IMG/VR virus record: IMGVR_UViG_3300013121_000021
Length of the DNA: 64,000 bases
Strand: one strand, 5' to 3'
Origin: an uncultured virus (IMG/VR IMGVR_UViG_3300013121_000021)
Lineage: Duplodnaviria > Heunggongvirae > Uroviricota > Caudoviricetes
Below the pieces are notes generated by a model. That model made no database searches. It was not told the origin of the DNA and worked only from the letters and a program-made list of their open reading frames with translations. Positions 41,513-51,008 of the stretch are shown piece by piece. The number at the start of each line of letters is the position of its first letter. Within the stretch, counting starts at the first letter, position 1. A program made the position numbers and the translations under genes.

Positions 41513-43060
41513 TTATAGTAATATAATATCTTCTTGACGTAATGCACGTTTAAAGATTCTAAAACTAGAAACATGACCGTTTAAAAATCCATCACCACCT
41601 GAAATAGTATCACCTTTATCAACAGATACACTTCTATGATGGCCAAGATTAATATGTGTAGGAGTTCCAGTATAAGCTGGAACTGTAACATTAGTTGCTA
41701 ATTTAATATTACCATTCAAATAATTAGATTGAACATTTGAATCAAATACAAAAGCAGCAGATAGTGTTTTATTAAATAATGTTTCGGTTTCTGTTGTTTG
41801 GTCTAACGGCCCAGTATAAGTTGACCAATCTCTATCATAATAAGAGATTATATTTCCATCCTTCAATACTGATCCTAAATGATAATTAAACCCAGCTAAT
41901 CCAAATAATTCTCTTCTATCCATACGTGATAAGTATGCATAATTCTGAGATGTATTTGAAACAGTTGGATCATAACCAGATAAAATAGTAGAAGCAAAAT
42001 TATATCTACCTAATAAGTTAAAATTAACTATATAGGTAGTCTGGCCTTTATATGGGAATGGAACGTTAGTATCTGCATTTGATACCCAACAATAATCACC
42101 TTCTCGTACAGGAGGAGAAGCAAAATTATTTGAATAAATATATGATGTTGGATATGGCATTGGTTCTAGTTGTGCACCCCAAGCATAGATACCTGAAGTT
42201 GTACTACCAGCATAGTTCCAATTATCAAGACTATTAGTAAGGCCTAATTTTATTTTAAAATTTCCAGAATCTGCACCAGTATAGAACGTTAAAGAAATTC
42301 TATACCAAGTATACTCTGAAAATTCATATTCCCCTACCCTAGGAATTTTTTTAATTGAACAATATGGAGTAGTACTTGTATTTAAAAAGAAAGAAGAAGT
42401 ATCAGGAAAAGTTGAAGTATCAAAATTTTGTTCAAATGAAGCTATAATTCCATTTTCTAAATCAAATACTGCTGATGCTCTTGATTGATTAGCACTATCT
42501 ACATATTCTAATTTAGTATATTTTCGTTCTGCTGCTCTTACAAAAGTACTAAATGTTAGTATTTTATTTCTTGAAGGAGTAGCAGTAGATCCTAATGATT
42601 GAATTGGAAATATTTGGGTATTAGCAATAAATTGAATATAATGTTCTGAACTGGTATTTGTTTCTGTTATTTTTTGTGGAACGGAAACATTATCAGGTGC
42701 TACTAATCCAACACTAGATTGAATTAAAGCTTGAATACCAGTTCCAGTAAAATCTTCTGATTTTTTAATATAGTTTAAAGAAGGACCTTCAATTAATAAA
42801 CCTTCAGATTCAATTTTAGGCTGATTCTTATATGCTTTCTTTAAAATACCATCAATTCCAATATAGGTTGAAACTGAATTTCGTCTAAAGTTAACAGTAC
42901 CGTTACCTCTAACAAATTCAATATCTCCACCTACAAAATTAACATCTAAATCTGAAATTGATGTTTTACTTAACTGATTAAGATTTAATTGAGCAGCTGC
43001 TAAAACAGGATCTGAATATATTTCTACTAATTTTTTAAGGGATAAAATATTCTTACTCAT
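41513..43060 (-). CDS. LamG-like fibre/spike paralogue 4
   Basis: FRRNSVSTY...P.IE.EGLLIEG.S.N...WYRISLT...WGAQLE...TSYI...R...NGHV..FRIF..AL. Confidence 0.7.
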   Translation of the reverse strand: MSKNILSLKKLVEIYSDPVLAAAQLNLNQLSKTSISDLDVNFVGGDIEFVRGNGTVNFRRNSVSTYIGIDGILKKAYKNQPKIESEGLLIEGPSLNYIKKSEDFTGTGIQALIQSSVGLVAPDNVSVPQKITETNTSSEHYIQFIANTQIFPIQSLGSTATPSRNKILTFSTFVRAAERKYTKLEYVDSANQSRASAVFDLENGIIASFEQNFDTSTFPDTSSFFLNTSTTPYCSIKKIPRVGEYEFSEYTWYRISLTFYTGADSGNFKIKLGLTNSLDNWNYAGSTTSGIYAWGAQLEPMPYPTSYIYSNNFASPPVREGDYCWVSNADTNVPFPYKGQTTYIVNFNLLGRYNFASTILSGYDPTVSNTSQNYAYLSRMDRRELFGLAGFNYHLGSVLKDGNIISYYDRDWSTYTGPLDQTTETETLFNKTLSAAFVFDSNVQSNYLNGNIKLATNVTVPAYTGTPTHINLGHHRSVSVDKGDTISGGDGFLNGHVSSFRIFKRALRQEDIILL

Positions 43061-43064
43061 AGTA

Positions 43065-44396
43065 TTAAATATTACCTAATTCAGCTTCTGTTAACAATTC
43101 ATTATAAACTCTAACAGAAGTTATATGTCCATTAAATCCATTAGACCCAAATTCTAATTTATATAACGCCAAATCATCAGGTAGTAAAATCAAAGAATTC
43201 ACATCAACTGGATTTGAAAATTTAGTATTATTTAAAGAAGCATATATTTGATTATTCGGTTGATTATACACAAATGCAAATCTTTGTGGATGATCACTAT
43301 TTGTAATATAATCAAAAGATACTTCTTCTAAATCTCCTGAATTATCCGTATAATAGGTTCCAAATACTTGTCTACTTTGATCCCACCAATCATGATTTAC
43401 TAAAACATTATTGATACCCATAGATATCTTTGAAGAATCTAATTGAATATCAAATACTTTAGGATATGTATTAGTAGAAGATATAAAATCAAAATCTACT
43501 ACAATACTAAAAGAAGAATTTGGTACTTTTGGGAAATTATATTCGAACGGCGCAAAGAATTCTTCAGCAACTCTTGTTACAGGAGATGCTAAAGTTGGAA
43601 TATAAGAAGACATATAAGGTAACTTTTCTAATTGAGCACCCCATATTAAGATACCATCACCAGATGCATAAGTAACACCATCTGATTTCACTAAATTAAT
43701 TCTTATACCAACTGGATTAGCACCACTTCCAGTATTGAAAGTATAAGATAATCTCATCCAATTATTATTTAACTCTGTAATAGATACAGAAAGACCAGAT
43801 GAAATATCATTAGAAATAAAAGTATTAGAATCAAATGATGCTGCTAAATTAGTATTAGCTTTATTAAATGATTCTACTTTTATCTTATTATACTTATTTG
43901 ATCTAATAAATACAGAAAAAGTATAAATCGTATTAGCATCTAAATTAGTAAATGTTCGTTCAATATAAGAAACATTATTAATATTAGAACCTAATTTCAA
44001 TTCATCTACTGTTCCACTATTATCTGGACTTGGTGTATTTAATAAATCTACAGATACTGTACTATTAGTATTAGTCCATTTTTGAAATTGGGTAGAATAA
44101 GGAATTAAATTAGTAGAAGGTTCATTTTCAACTAATAAACCAGTAGATTCAAATCGTGGCTCATCATATTGAGCATATCTTAATCTACCATAGATATCAA
44201 TATATGATGCAATAGAATTTCTTTTAAAAACAATATTACCAACGCCATGTGACATGATAACATTATTTTTTGTTTGAACGGCGAACATTGGGTTTGCTAA
44301 CTTACCCAACATTCCTCGACTACCAATGTATAATTGAGCTTCTGTAGGCTCACTGTATTTTCTTTGTATTTCTTTAAGGGATAATGTTTTTGACAT
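43065..44396 (-). CDS. LamG-like fibre/spike paralogue 3
   Basis: EPRFESTGLLVE..STNL...WGAQLE...SSYIPT..PVTR...NGHI..VRVYN. Confidence 0.7.
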   Translation of the reverse strand: MSKTLSLKEIQRKYSEPTEAQLYIGSRGMLGKLANPMFAVQTKNNVIMSHGVGNIVFKRNSIASYIDIYGRLRYAQYDEPRFESTGLLVENEPSTNLIPYSTQFQKWTNTNSTVSVDLLNTPSPDNSGTVDELKLGSNINNVSYIERTFTNLDANTIYTFSVFIRSNKYNKIKVESFNKANTNLAASFDSNTFISNDISSGLSVSITELNNNWMRLSYTFNTGSGANPVGIRINLVKSDGVTYASGDGILIWGAQLEKLPYMSSYIPTLASPVTRVAEEFFAPFEYNFPKVPNSSFSIVVDFDFISSTNTYPKVFDIQLDSSKISMGINNVLVNHDWWDQSRQVFGTYYTDNSGDLEEVSFDYITNSDHPQRFAFVYNQPNNQIYASLNNTKFSNPVDVNSLILLPDDLALYKLEFGSNGFNGHITSVRVYNELLTEAELGNI

Positions 44397-44398
44397 AA

Positions 44399-45736
44399 TT
44401 AAACGATTCTAATCTCATCATCGGTTAAAGCTGTATCAAAAATTCTAAAATTAGTGATATGGCCGTTCAAAACATTCTGAGATAAATTAACAGAACTACC
44501 TATATTAATCTTACCTGATGGAAATGTAGCATATTCAGGAGTTGCTCCTAATTTAGAAACAGTTTTAAAGCTATTTCTAAATAAAGAATAATTACCATCA
44601 TCATATCTTAAAGCAATACGATGTTGAGTAAAAGCTTCTAATGAATCTTCTTCAATAATACCATCAATATCATAAAAAGCTTCTAAATTACCATTAGAAG
44701 TAATCTTTAGTGAATTATGTTTAAATCCATCTAAAGTAAATATATCTCTATTAGTATTATGCTTAGTACCTAAAATATCAATATCTAATACATAGGTATT
44801 TTCAGTTGTAGGGAAATTAATAGTAGTATTTAAAATATCTATCTCTAACCAATCAGAAGCTCTTGTTACTGGAGATGATTCAGTAACAATATAAGAGGAC
44901 ATAAAATAATTTTCTTCTAATTGAAAACCCCATAATAAAATAGAGTTCCATTGATTCATTTCAGCAGCATAAGATTCATAATAAGAATTATTAGAACCTT
45001 CTTTGATAGTTTTTGCTGTAAACCTTAAAGTAGGGAATGTTGTATTAGATACAGTAGTAATAGTAAAAGACATTGAAACTCTATACCAACCACCCCACAT
45101 TTTTTGTACTGCATATGAAGGATTAGAAAAGAATTGTGAACCAGTTATAATATCATTAAAGAATATACCATTTTCCACATCAAGTAATGTAGAATACATA
45201 TTAGTATCAGTAGTATCACCTACTACTAACTTTACAAATTTACCATTACCCTTTCTTACAAATAAACTAACAGTATAATTTTTTATTGTACTATTTGGAA
45301 TATTTAACGGGATATCTTGATATATAATATGAGTAGTATTATTGGTATTATCTACTAATTCAAAATGTTTTGCTAAAATACCATTTGGAGCGGCTAATGT
45401 TTGAGAAGAAGATAAAGTAATAGTACTATTAGTTACTTTCCAATATTCATTATTAGTTAATAATTCTGAATATCGTACTAAATTAGTAGAAGCTCCTTCA
45501 ATTAATAGTCCATTCTTTTCGAATCTTGGTTCATCAATATTGGCATAAGATACTAAACCCATTCTATCAATATAAGTTGCATTAGAACTTCTATTAAATG
45601 CAACAGTTCCTACACCAGTTACAGGATTTAAATTATTTTGTAACGGCAAATGTAAGATAGGAGTATTTAAAACACCATAATTAGGGCTGTTTGTTTGATT
45701 TTGTAACGATCCTACTGAAGGGTAAATTCTAGCCAT
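44399..45736 (-). CDS. LamG-like fibre/spike paralogue 2
   Basis: EPRFEKNGLLIEGASTNL...WGFQLE...SSYI.T..PVTRASD...NGHI.NFRIFD. Confidence 0.7.
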   Translation of the reverse strand: MARIYPSVGSLQNQTNSPNYGVLNTPILHLPLQNNLNPVTGVGTVAFNRSSNATYIDRMGLVSYANIDEPRFEKNGLLIEGASTNLVRYSELLTNNEYWKVTNSTITLSSSQTLAAPNGILAKHFELVDNTNNTTHIIYQDIPLNIPNSTIKNYTVSLFVRKGNGKFVKLVVGDTTDTNMYSTLLDVENGIFFNDIITGSQFFSNPSYAVQKMWGGWYRVSMSFTITTVSNTTFPTLRFTAKTIKEGSNNSYYESYAAEMNQWNSILLWGFQLEENYFMSSYIVTESSPVTRASDWLEIDILNTTINFPTTENTYVLDIDILGTKHNTNRDIFTLDGFKHNSLKITSNGNLEAFYDIDGIIEEDSLEAFTQHRIALRYDDGNYSLFRNSFKTVSKLGATPEYATFPSGKINIGSSVNLSQNVLNGHITNFRIFDTALTDDEIRIV

Positions 45737-45741
45737 TTATA

Positions 45742-47085
45742 TTACACCATGATGATTTCATCTTTTGAAAAAGCTCTATCATAAATTCTAAAATTACAGA
45801 TATGCCCATCAAAATAAATATTATTAATAGGATCTTCACCAAAATGCAAATATGTATTTACACCAGCAGTATAAGGTTCATCAATTCCAGTTGTTTCAAT
45901 TTTACCATTGGCAAAAGCATGAACTGTATTTGCACTTCTAGTATAACCTATTTTATGTTTTGCTTTAAAATCGGTCATTACTGGAAGAATATGTTCAATT
46001 TGAGTACTGGGATTAATAATAAACCCACCCTGATTAGTATTTGCTTCTTGAGTCCATTTAATAACGCGAGATTTTTCCCTACTATCAGGTAGAGAACCGT
46101 ATAAAGATCCTGTCCAAAAGATACTATGACCGCTAGAGCGATAAGGACCTCTTAACTTTACTTCTAATAATACTGTGTGATCAAAAGACAGATCAGGTAA
46201 ATTCCGATCATTTTCAATTAATAATACATCAGAAGATCTAATTTCTTCTGCACCAGAAGTAGCAATATAAGAAGTAGAATACCATTTTCGTTCTACTTGA
46301 GCACCATATACAGCTATTGTTTTATTATTAGTATTAGAACCCCAAGTACCAATTGATAATCCAAATTCATAATCATGAGAGGTATCAATTGTATTAATAG
46401 ATTCTATTGTTAAAGATATTCTAAACCAACCATTTGCTAATTCTTCTACTTTATAATCAGCAAATCTAGTAATATTCAAAGTATAGATCAAAGATACAGT
46501 TGGAGAAATTTTTCCATTAGCATCAAAAGAAAACTGTGCTCTTGATAAAATATTTGAGGTTACATTTTTAATATATAAATTAAAAGAATCTGTTGGATTA
46601 GTTGCTCCTTTATGTACAAATATAGATAAAGTTAAAGGATTTAATCCAGCTTCTGTTAATTTTCTAGTATAAGAAATAGTTTGAGTATCACTTACACCGG
46701 CAGATGTTAAAGTTGTTGCAAATGAATTACTTGTATTAGTTGGATCTAGAATAGTAGAAGTTGTAGTTGTAACGGAAGATTTTACCCAATTAGCATGAGA
46801 GAAAGTATTAGACCTAACTATATGATTCTTTGTAGAAGATTCTAATAGAATGCCATCATATTCAAATCGCGGTTGATCTATTGGAGCAAATACTAACTTT
46901 TTAGTTAATCTATCAATATAAGATGCTACTGAAGATCGCCCAAAAGTTAAACTACCAAATCCATCATAAACCAAACTATGTTCGAATGTTGCATTACATA
47001 ATGGGAAAGCTATATCAGAAGCTAGACCCAAATAATTATTTACTGTTTCTAAGCTTGATTTTGTCTTAGTGGTTTTTCTTGACAT
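45742..47085 (-). CDS. LamG-like fibre/spike paralogue 1
   Basis: QPRFEYDGILLE...YGAQVE...TSYIAT...R.SD...DGHI.NFRIYD. Confidence 0.7.
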   Translation of the reverse strand: MSRKTTKTKSSLETVNNYLGLASDIAFPLCNATFEHSLVYDGFGSLTFGRSSVASYIDRLTKKLVFAPIDQPRFEYDGILLESSTKNHIVRSNTFSHANWVKSSVTTTTSTILDPTNTSNSFATTLTSAGVSDTQTISYTRKLTEAGLNPLTLSIFVHKGATNPTDSFNLYIKNVTSNILSRAQFSFDANGKISPTVSLIYTLNITRFADYKVEELANGWFRISLTIESINTIDTSHDYEFGLSIGTWGSNTNNKTIAVYGAQVERKWYSTSYIATSGAEEIRSSDVLLIENDRNLPDLSFDHTVLLEVKLRGPYRSSGHSIFWTGSLYGSLPDSREKSRVIKWTQEANTNQGGFIINPSTQIEHILPVMTDFKAKHKIGYTRSANTVHAFANGKIETTGIDEPYTAGVNTYLHFGEDPINNIYFDGHICNFRIYDRAFSKDEIIMV

Positions 47086-47116
47086 ATTTATTTTTTAAAT
47101 AAAATAAAAAAGAAAA

Positions 47117-47150
47117 AACCTGTATTATAATTTTACTTATAATACAGGTT
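47117..47150 (-). terminator. Intrinsic terminator
   Basis: AACCTGTATTATAA/TTATAATACAGGTT stem followed by a U-tract on the minus strand. Confidence 0.65.
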
Positions 47151-47162
47151 GGATATACTACT

Positions 47163-47549
47163 TTATTCTTTAAAGAATTTCTCTAATTGAACCATATCCA
47201 TTGGTGTCAATTGGAGATCGCCAACTGAATCCAGAGAAATAGGAGAGAATTCTATTTTTAATTCTTCTTGTAATAATTCATTATATTCCTTTACAAAATC
47301 TGGCATATTTTCAGTTGTTACTTTTATTTCACCTGTTTCTTCATTAGTGGTTCCATACTTACGTACTAAATTCATCCTTTGTTCTTCTAAGAGACCTAAC
47401 TCTTTTGAAATTTTAGTAAGACATTTGGATAATCGATATGAAACTTTTACCGGCAAACTTAAGGTTGTAATTTTTCGTAAACTTTCTTCAATAGATTTCA
47501 GTTCACCTAAGGTAAAAATAAGAGTATCAGTTTGTGTAGTATCGGACAT
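47163..47549 (-). CDS. Hypothetical phage protein (DUF1617-like)
   Basis: AGGAG RBS before MSDTTQ at 47549; LPVK.SYRL.K....I..E......R..LV.KYG motif. Confidence 0.6.
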   Translation of the reverse strand: MSDTTQTDTLIFTLGELKSIEESLRKITTLSLPVKVSYRLSKCLTKISKELGLLEEQRMNLVRKYGTTNEETGEIKVTTENMPDFVKEYNELLQEELKIEFSPISLDSVGDLQLTPMDMVQLEKFFKE

Positions 47550-47882
47550 AAAAAATAAGTCTCCTTTAATAGTATAAGTTAAATTGCGTAATAATTTATA
47601 TATATAAAAAGTTTTTAAATTTTGGCCCTGAAAACCAAAATAAAAGGTCAAGGTGATTGTATATGATTTTTATACACAATCACCTCTCCCTGTTTTTTTA
47701 AAATCTTTAATCACCCAAATGATACAGGTGGGTGATTACATCACTTGCAGCAGGTCGCCGATAACGATGATTATTTCGTCTTTACTATGATAAAACTCAA
47801 CATTTTTGCTGTTTCCTCTGAATATTAAAAAACAACCTAAAGTTCAATACGCTAGACGCTAATATTTTCCTTTAGATTTATT

Positions 47883-47897
47883 ATATAATATCTATAT
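47883..47897 (-). promoter_or_regulatory. Promoter-like motif ATATAGATATTATAT
   Basis: Exact copies also at 52086, 54856 and 55719 (minus strand). Confidence 0.6.
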
Positions 47898-47908
47898 GAA
47901 ATTTTTTA

Positions 47909-48181
47909 TTATTTCTTCTTTGTTAAATTATAATTATTGATAACCCAACTCATTATATTATAAATACTTGGAGTTTCACCTACTGAATAATATTCTGAGT
48001 TTGTAAATTTTCTTGTTAAACGTAAAGCTAATGCATGTAATTCTGCATCCTTCCTATTATTAAATTCTTCTAAATTACCTTTAACTCGATACTTTATTAT
48101 CTCTTCTATTTCGTCTTGGTTGTTTGGGTTTTGGTTGTTCATTATTAATAGAAGGTAATTTATATATAGTTGCAAATCCAT
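47909..48181 (-). CDS. Hypothetical protein
   Basis: ORF track; start uncertain (possibly 48142). Confidence 0.45.
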   Translation of the reverse strand: MDLQLYINYLLLIMNNQNPNNQDEIEEIIKYRVKGNLEEFNNRKDAELHALALRLTRKFTNSEYYSVGETPSIYNIMSWVINNYNLTKKK

Positions 48182-48512
48182 CTACTATAAATATAAAATG
48201 AGTATATGAATTTGGGTTATCTTCATAAATAGATAAAACAGTTACTTTATTTGATTCAGATTTAGTTATTGTTTTATCTTTATTAAATTTTGTTGTTACT
48301 GTAACGGGAGGTATTTCGCCGTATTTATTTGTATCTATATTTACTAAAATTGTTCTATGAATCATTATTTGATGAGATGCAATTGATGATTCATAAGTAA
48401 CGCTGATTACATTGGATGAAAAATTGGATAATAATTTTGGATCTTCAATTTCTATTATTTTACCATCTTTTTCATCACAAAAATTTACCATTAACGATTC
48501 TAATATATTCAT
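48081..48512 (-). CDS. Hypothetical protein
   Basis: ATGA-coupled to the sspB-like gene. Confidence 0.55.
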   Translation of the reverse strand: MNILESLMVNFCDEKDGKIIEIEDPKLLSNFSSNVISVTYESSIASHQIMIHRTILVNIDTNKYGEIPPVTVTTKFNKDKTITKSESNKVTVLSIYEDNPNSYTHFIFIVDGFATIYKLPSINNEQPKPKQPRRNRRDNKVSS

Positions 48513-48964
48513 TTTTTATTTTTAAATAACGGCACAACTTTATTATCTTTTTCAGGTTCTATTTCGGATTCTAATTTAGATTCTAATTTAGATTCTATAA
48601 TAGAATTTTTTTTCATATCAAATTGTTTTATTTTCTCTATATCAAATCCTGTTACAAAACCCATATTATTTTCTTTTGAAAATAATGATAAAACATGATT
48701 TGTAGGGAATTCAACATATTGTTCTTTACCTGAAAATCGAGCTTTAAATGAAATTAAATCATCCGTTATTTGTAAATCTACGGCAGCAATAGGATTTATA
48801 TTTAAAATAATTATTCCTTCATTATTTAAATATTGCTGTGGAATATATTGTTGATCTTTACCATAGACAGCTATAAATGGTGTATGATCATTATCTAAAC
48901 ACCAATTTAAAGTTGCCATTAATTGATAAGTTAATAAATTTTTATTTTTACATCTAGGATTCAT
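48509..48964 (-). CDS. sspB: Stringent starvation protein B (ClpXP specificity-enhancing adaptor)
   Basis: W.LDND.TP.I.V...IP.QY...G.IILNI.P.A..DL......ISF.ARFSG...P...V..LF.KEN..G matches the SspB core; acidic tail ending VVPLFKNKK. Confidence 0.85.
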   Translation of the reverse strand: MNPRCKNKNLLTYQLMATLNWCLDNDHTPFIAVYGKDQQYIPQQYLNNEGIIILNINPIAAVDLQITDDLISFKARFSGKEQYVEFPTNHVLSLFSKENNMGFVTGFDIEKIKQFDMKKNSIIESKLESKLESEIEPEKDNKVVPLFKNKK

Positions 48965-49163
48965 TTGTTATTTGATTGTCTCCAAAAAGAAAAATAATTA
49001 TTATTCCTCGTTATTAAATACTTTTTATTATTTTTTTCAAATAATACAAACCCAACATTTCTTATAAAACCGCAATCTAATATTAAACAATGCTTTCCAA
49101 ATTCTGGTGAATCATAATATACTGATTTGTGTAGCATAATTATATCATCCAGATAATAGTTTA

Positions 49164-49385
49164 TTAAGCTTTATTTCCTCGTCCAATAAACCAAGAAAAT
49201 GCTTTAATTATTAATTGATTATCCCACCAATTAGTAATTTCTCTATTAGACTTTTTATCTTTATAGAAAGTTGGTCCTAAGTATTTATGCCATTCCATAA
49301 ATACATGATCACCATTATCCAATCTTAATTTGTAAAATGGATTTATACAAACTGTTGTTATTGAGTTTAATTTTACACAAGTCAT
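49164..49385 (-). CDS. Hypothetical protein
   Basis: 73 aa, ATGA-coupled. Confidence 0.55.
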   Translation of the reverse strand: MTCVKLNSITTVCINPFYKLRLDNGDHVFMEWHKYLGPTFYKDKKSNREITNWWDNQLIIKAFSWFIGRGNKA

Positions 49386-49615
49386 ATCTCCTCCTTTATA
49401 AATTCTTCGATTATTTTTACTAACTGAGTATTAATATCTGGTTTTTGAAAATCTATATCTAATAATTTTTCTGTTAATGATGTTTTTGTTTCTTTAACGG
49501 CAGATTTCCAACAGTGATAAAATTGTTTTGTAAATTGATAAAAATAATTATTAGTATTTTCTATCTTATTTGTTGGGATACCATTTTGTTTTGCCCATAC
49601 TTCAAATTGATTCAT
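49382..49615 (-). CDS. Hypothetical protein
   Basis: 77 aa, ATGA-coupled. Confidence 0.55.
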   Translation of the reverse strand: MNQFEVWAKQNGIPTNKIENTNNYFYQFTKQFYHCWKSAVKETKTSLTEKLLDIDFQKPDINTQLVKIIEEFIKEEI

Positions 49616-50448
49616 AACCCTATTATTTTATGAGAAATATTATCTTTAGAACTATTTTTAATTTTATACATTTCGGCATCAGCTATATCAATTAAATCTT
49701 GTGATAAATAAATTTGATCTACTTTTTCACAATTAATTGATAAAATTCCATAACTACATGATATATTTAATTTTTTAAATTTTATCTTAATTTTATTTCT
49801 TATTCTAGATATTATTTCGCTTGCATTTGATGGAGAAGATTCTACTAATATTATTGCAAATTCATCTCCTCCCATTCTAGCTACAGAATCTATTTTTCTT
49901 ACAGAAGTTTTTAATATTGTTGCGAATTCTTGTAATACTTTATTAGCTTGTATATGTCCTAATTTATCATTAACGTATTTAAATCCATCTATATCTAAAA
50001 ATACAATGGTTAACCATTTTTTATATCTATAACATCTATTTACTTCATTATCTAATAAATAGTTAAAATGATCAATATCATATAATTTTGTTAATGGATC
50101 TTTAATACTTATTTCTTTTATTTTTTCAATTTGTTTAGATATAACTGATAAAATTAAAGGAAATACAATTAGTGAAAATATAATTTGTGAATTATACATT
50201 AATTTTAATTCTTCCATATCCTTTGGAATTATTGGAAAATATATATCATATAATTTTAAAGAAAAAGTTATAATTGAAAGTATTATTAATAATAATCTAT
50301 CTACTATCCAAACACATAATATAAATTCAATAATATAAACTGGACATGGTACTATATAATATGTAAATAAATCAATATATAACGTTAATGATAAAATTGA
50401 TGTTACTATAATTGATTTTATAAAAAAACTACAACAATTTTTAATCAT
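49612..50448 (-). CDS. Membrane-anchored GGDEF (diguanylate cyclase-family) protein
   Basis: Hydrophobic N-terminus; DPLT, DIDGFKYVND.LGH, RxxD I-site (RKID) and RMGGDEF. Confidence 0.9.
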   Translation of the reverse strand: MIKNCCSFFIKSIIVTSILSLTLYIDLFTYYIVPCPVYIIEFILCVWIVDRLLLIILSIITFSLKLYDIYFPIIPKDMEELKLMYNSQIIFSLIVFPLILSVISKQIEKIKEISIKDPLTKLYDIDHFNYLLDNEVNRCYRYKKWLTIVFLDIDGFKYVNDKLGHIQANKVLQEFATILKTSVRKIDSVARMGGDEFAIILVESSPSNASEIISRIRNKIKIKFKKLNISCSYGILSINCEKVDQIYLSQDLIDIADAEMYKIKNSSKDNISHKIIGL

Positions 50449-50632
50449 TTTCTGTTTTTAAATTTTCTTTTATCTTTTCATATTGTTTTACTAATTGAAT
50501 CATTTCACTCTCATTTAATACTAATTTTGGATTTACTATTTCACCATCATTAAAAATCATCCAATAATTATTTTGTGATCCAGTTTCACTAGTTACTAAA
50601 ATATGTCTAAGTTGCATAAAATTAATATTCAA
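50441..50632 (-). CDS. Hypothetical protein
   Basis: 63 aa, overlapping neighbours in the operon. Confidence 0.5.
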   Translation of the reverse strand: MNINFMQLRHILVTSETGSQNNYWMIFNDGEIVNPKLVLNESEMIQLVKQYEKIKENLKTEND

Positions 50633-50939
50633 TACGTGATGAAAGAAAATATATTTTATTTTTACATTGTTTTGCTATTAAAAGATCATCCTCTTGTTTA
50701 AATATAATATTTTTATTTCTCGCAATATCAATTTCTCTTTTTAGGATTTTAGAAACTTCTAACGCGAGATTTTCATTTGTTATAACTGAAATTAAATTTC
50801 CTTGTTTATGTTCTTCGTTAGCCAACCATCCAATTGGGTCATATAAAACTTCAAATAATATTCTGGTGCGTGTTTCACTTTCTGTAACGCGCCATTTTGG
50901 TAATAACTCTATTGAAAAATCATCAATTAAGTATATCAT
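50622..50939 (-). CDS. Hypothetical protein
   Basis: Likely start MIYLIDD. Confidence 0.55.
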   Translation of the reverse strand: MIYLIDDFSIELLPKWRVTESETRTRILFEVLYDPIGWLANEEHKQGNLISVITNENLALEVSKILKREIDIARNKNIIFKQEDDLLIAKQCKNKIYFLSSRIEY

Positions 50940-50963
50940 TACTTTTTTTCCTAAAAAAGAAAT

Positions 50964-51000
50964 ATTCACCGGTACACAATAAATATGTATACCGGTGAAT
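50964..51000 (-). terminator. Terminator-like hairpin after the tasA-like gene
   Basis: ATTCACCGGTA...TACCGGTGAAT stem followed by U-rich sequence on the minus strand. Confidence 0.6.
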
Positions 51001-51008
51001 TTTTATTC

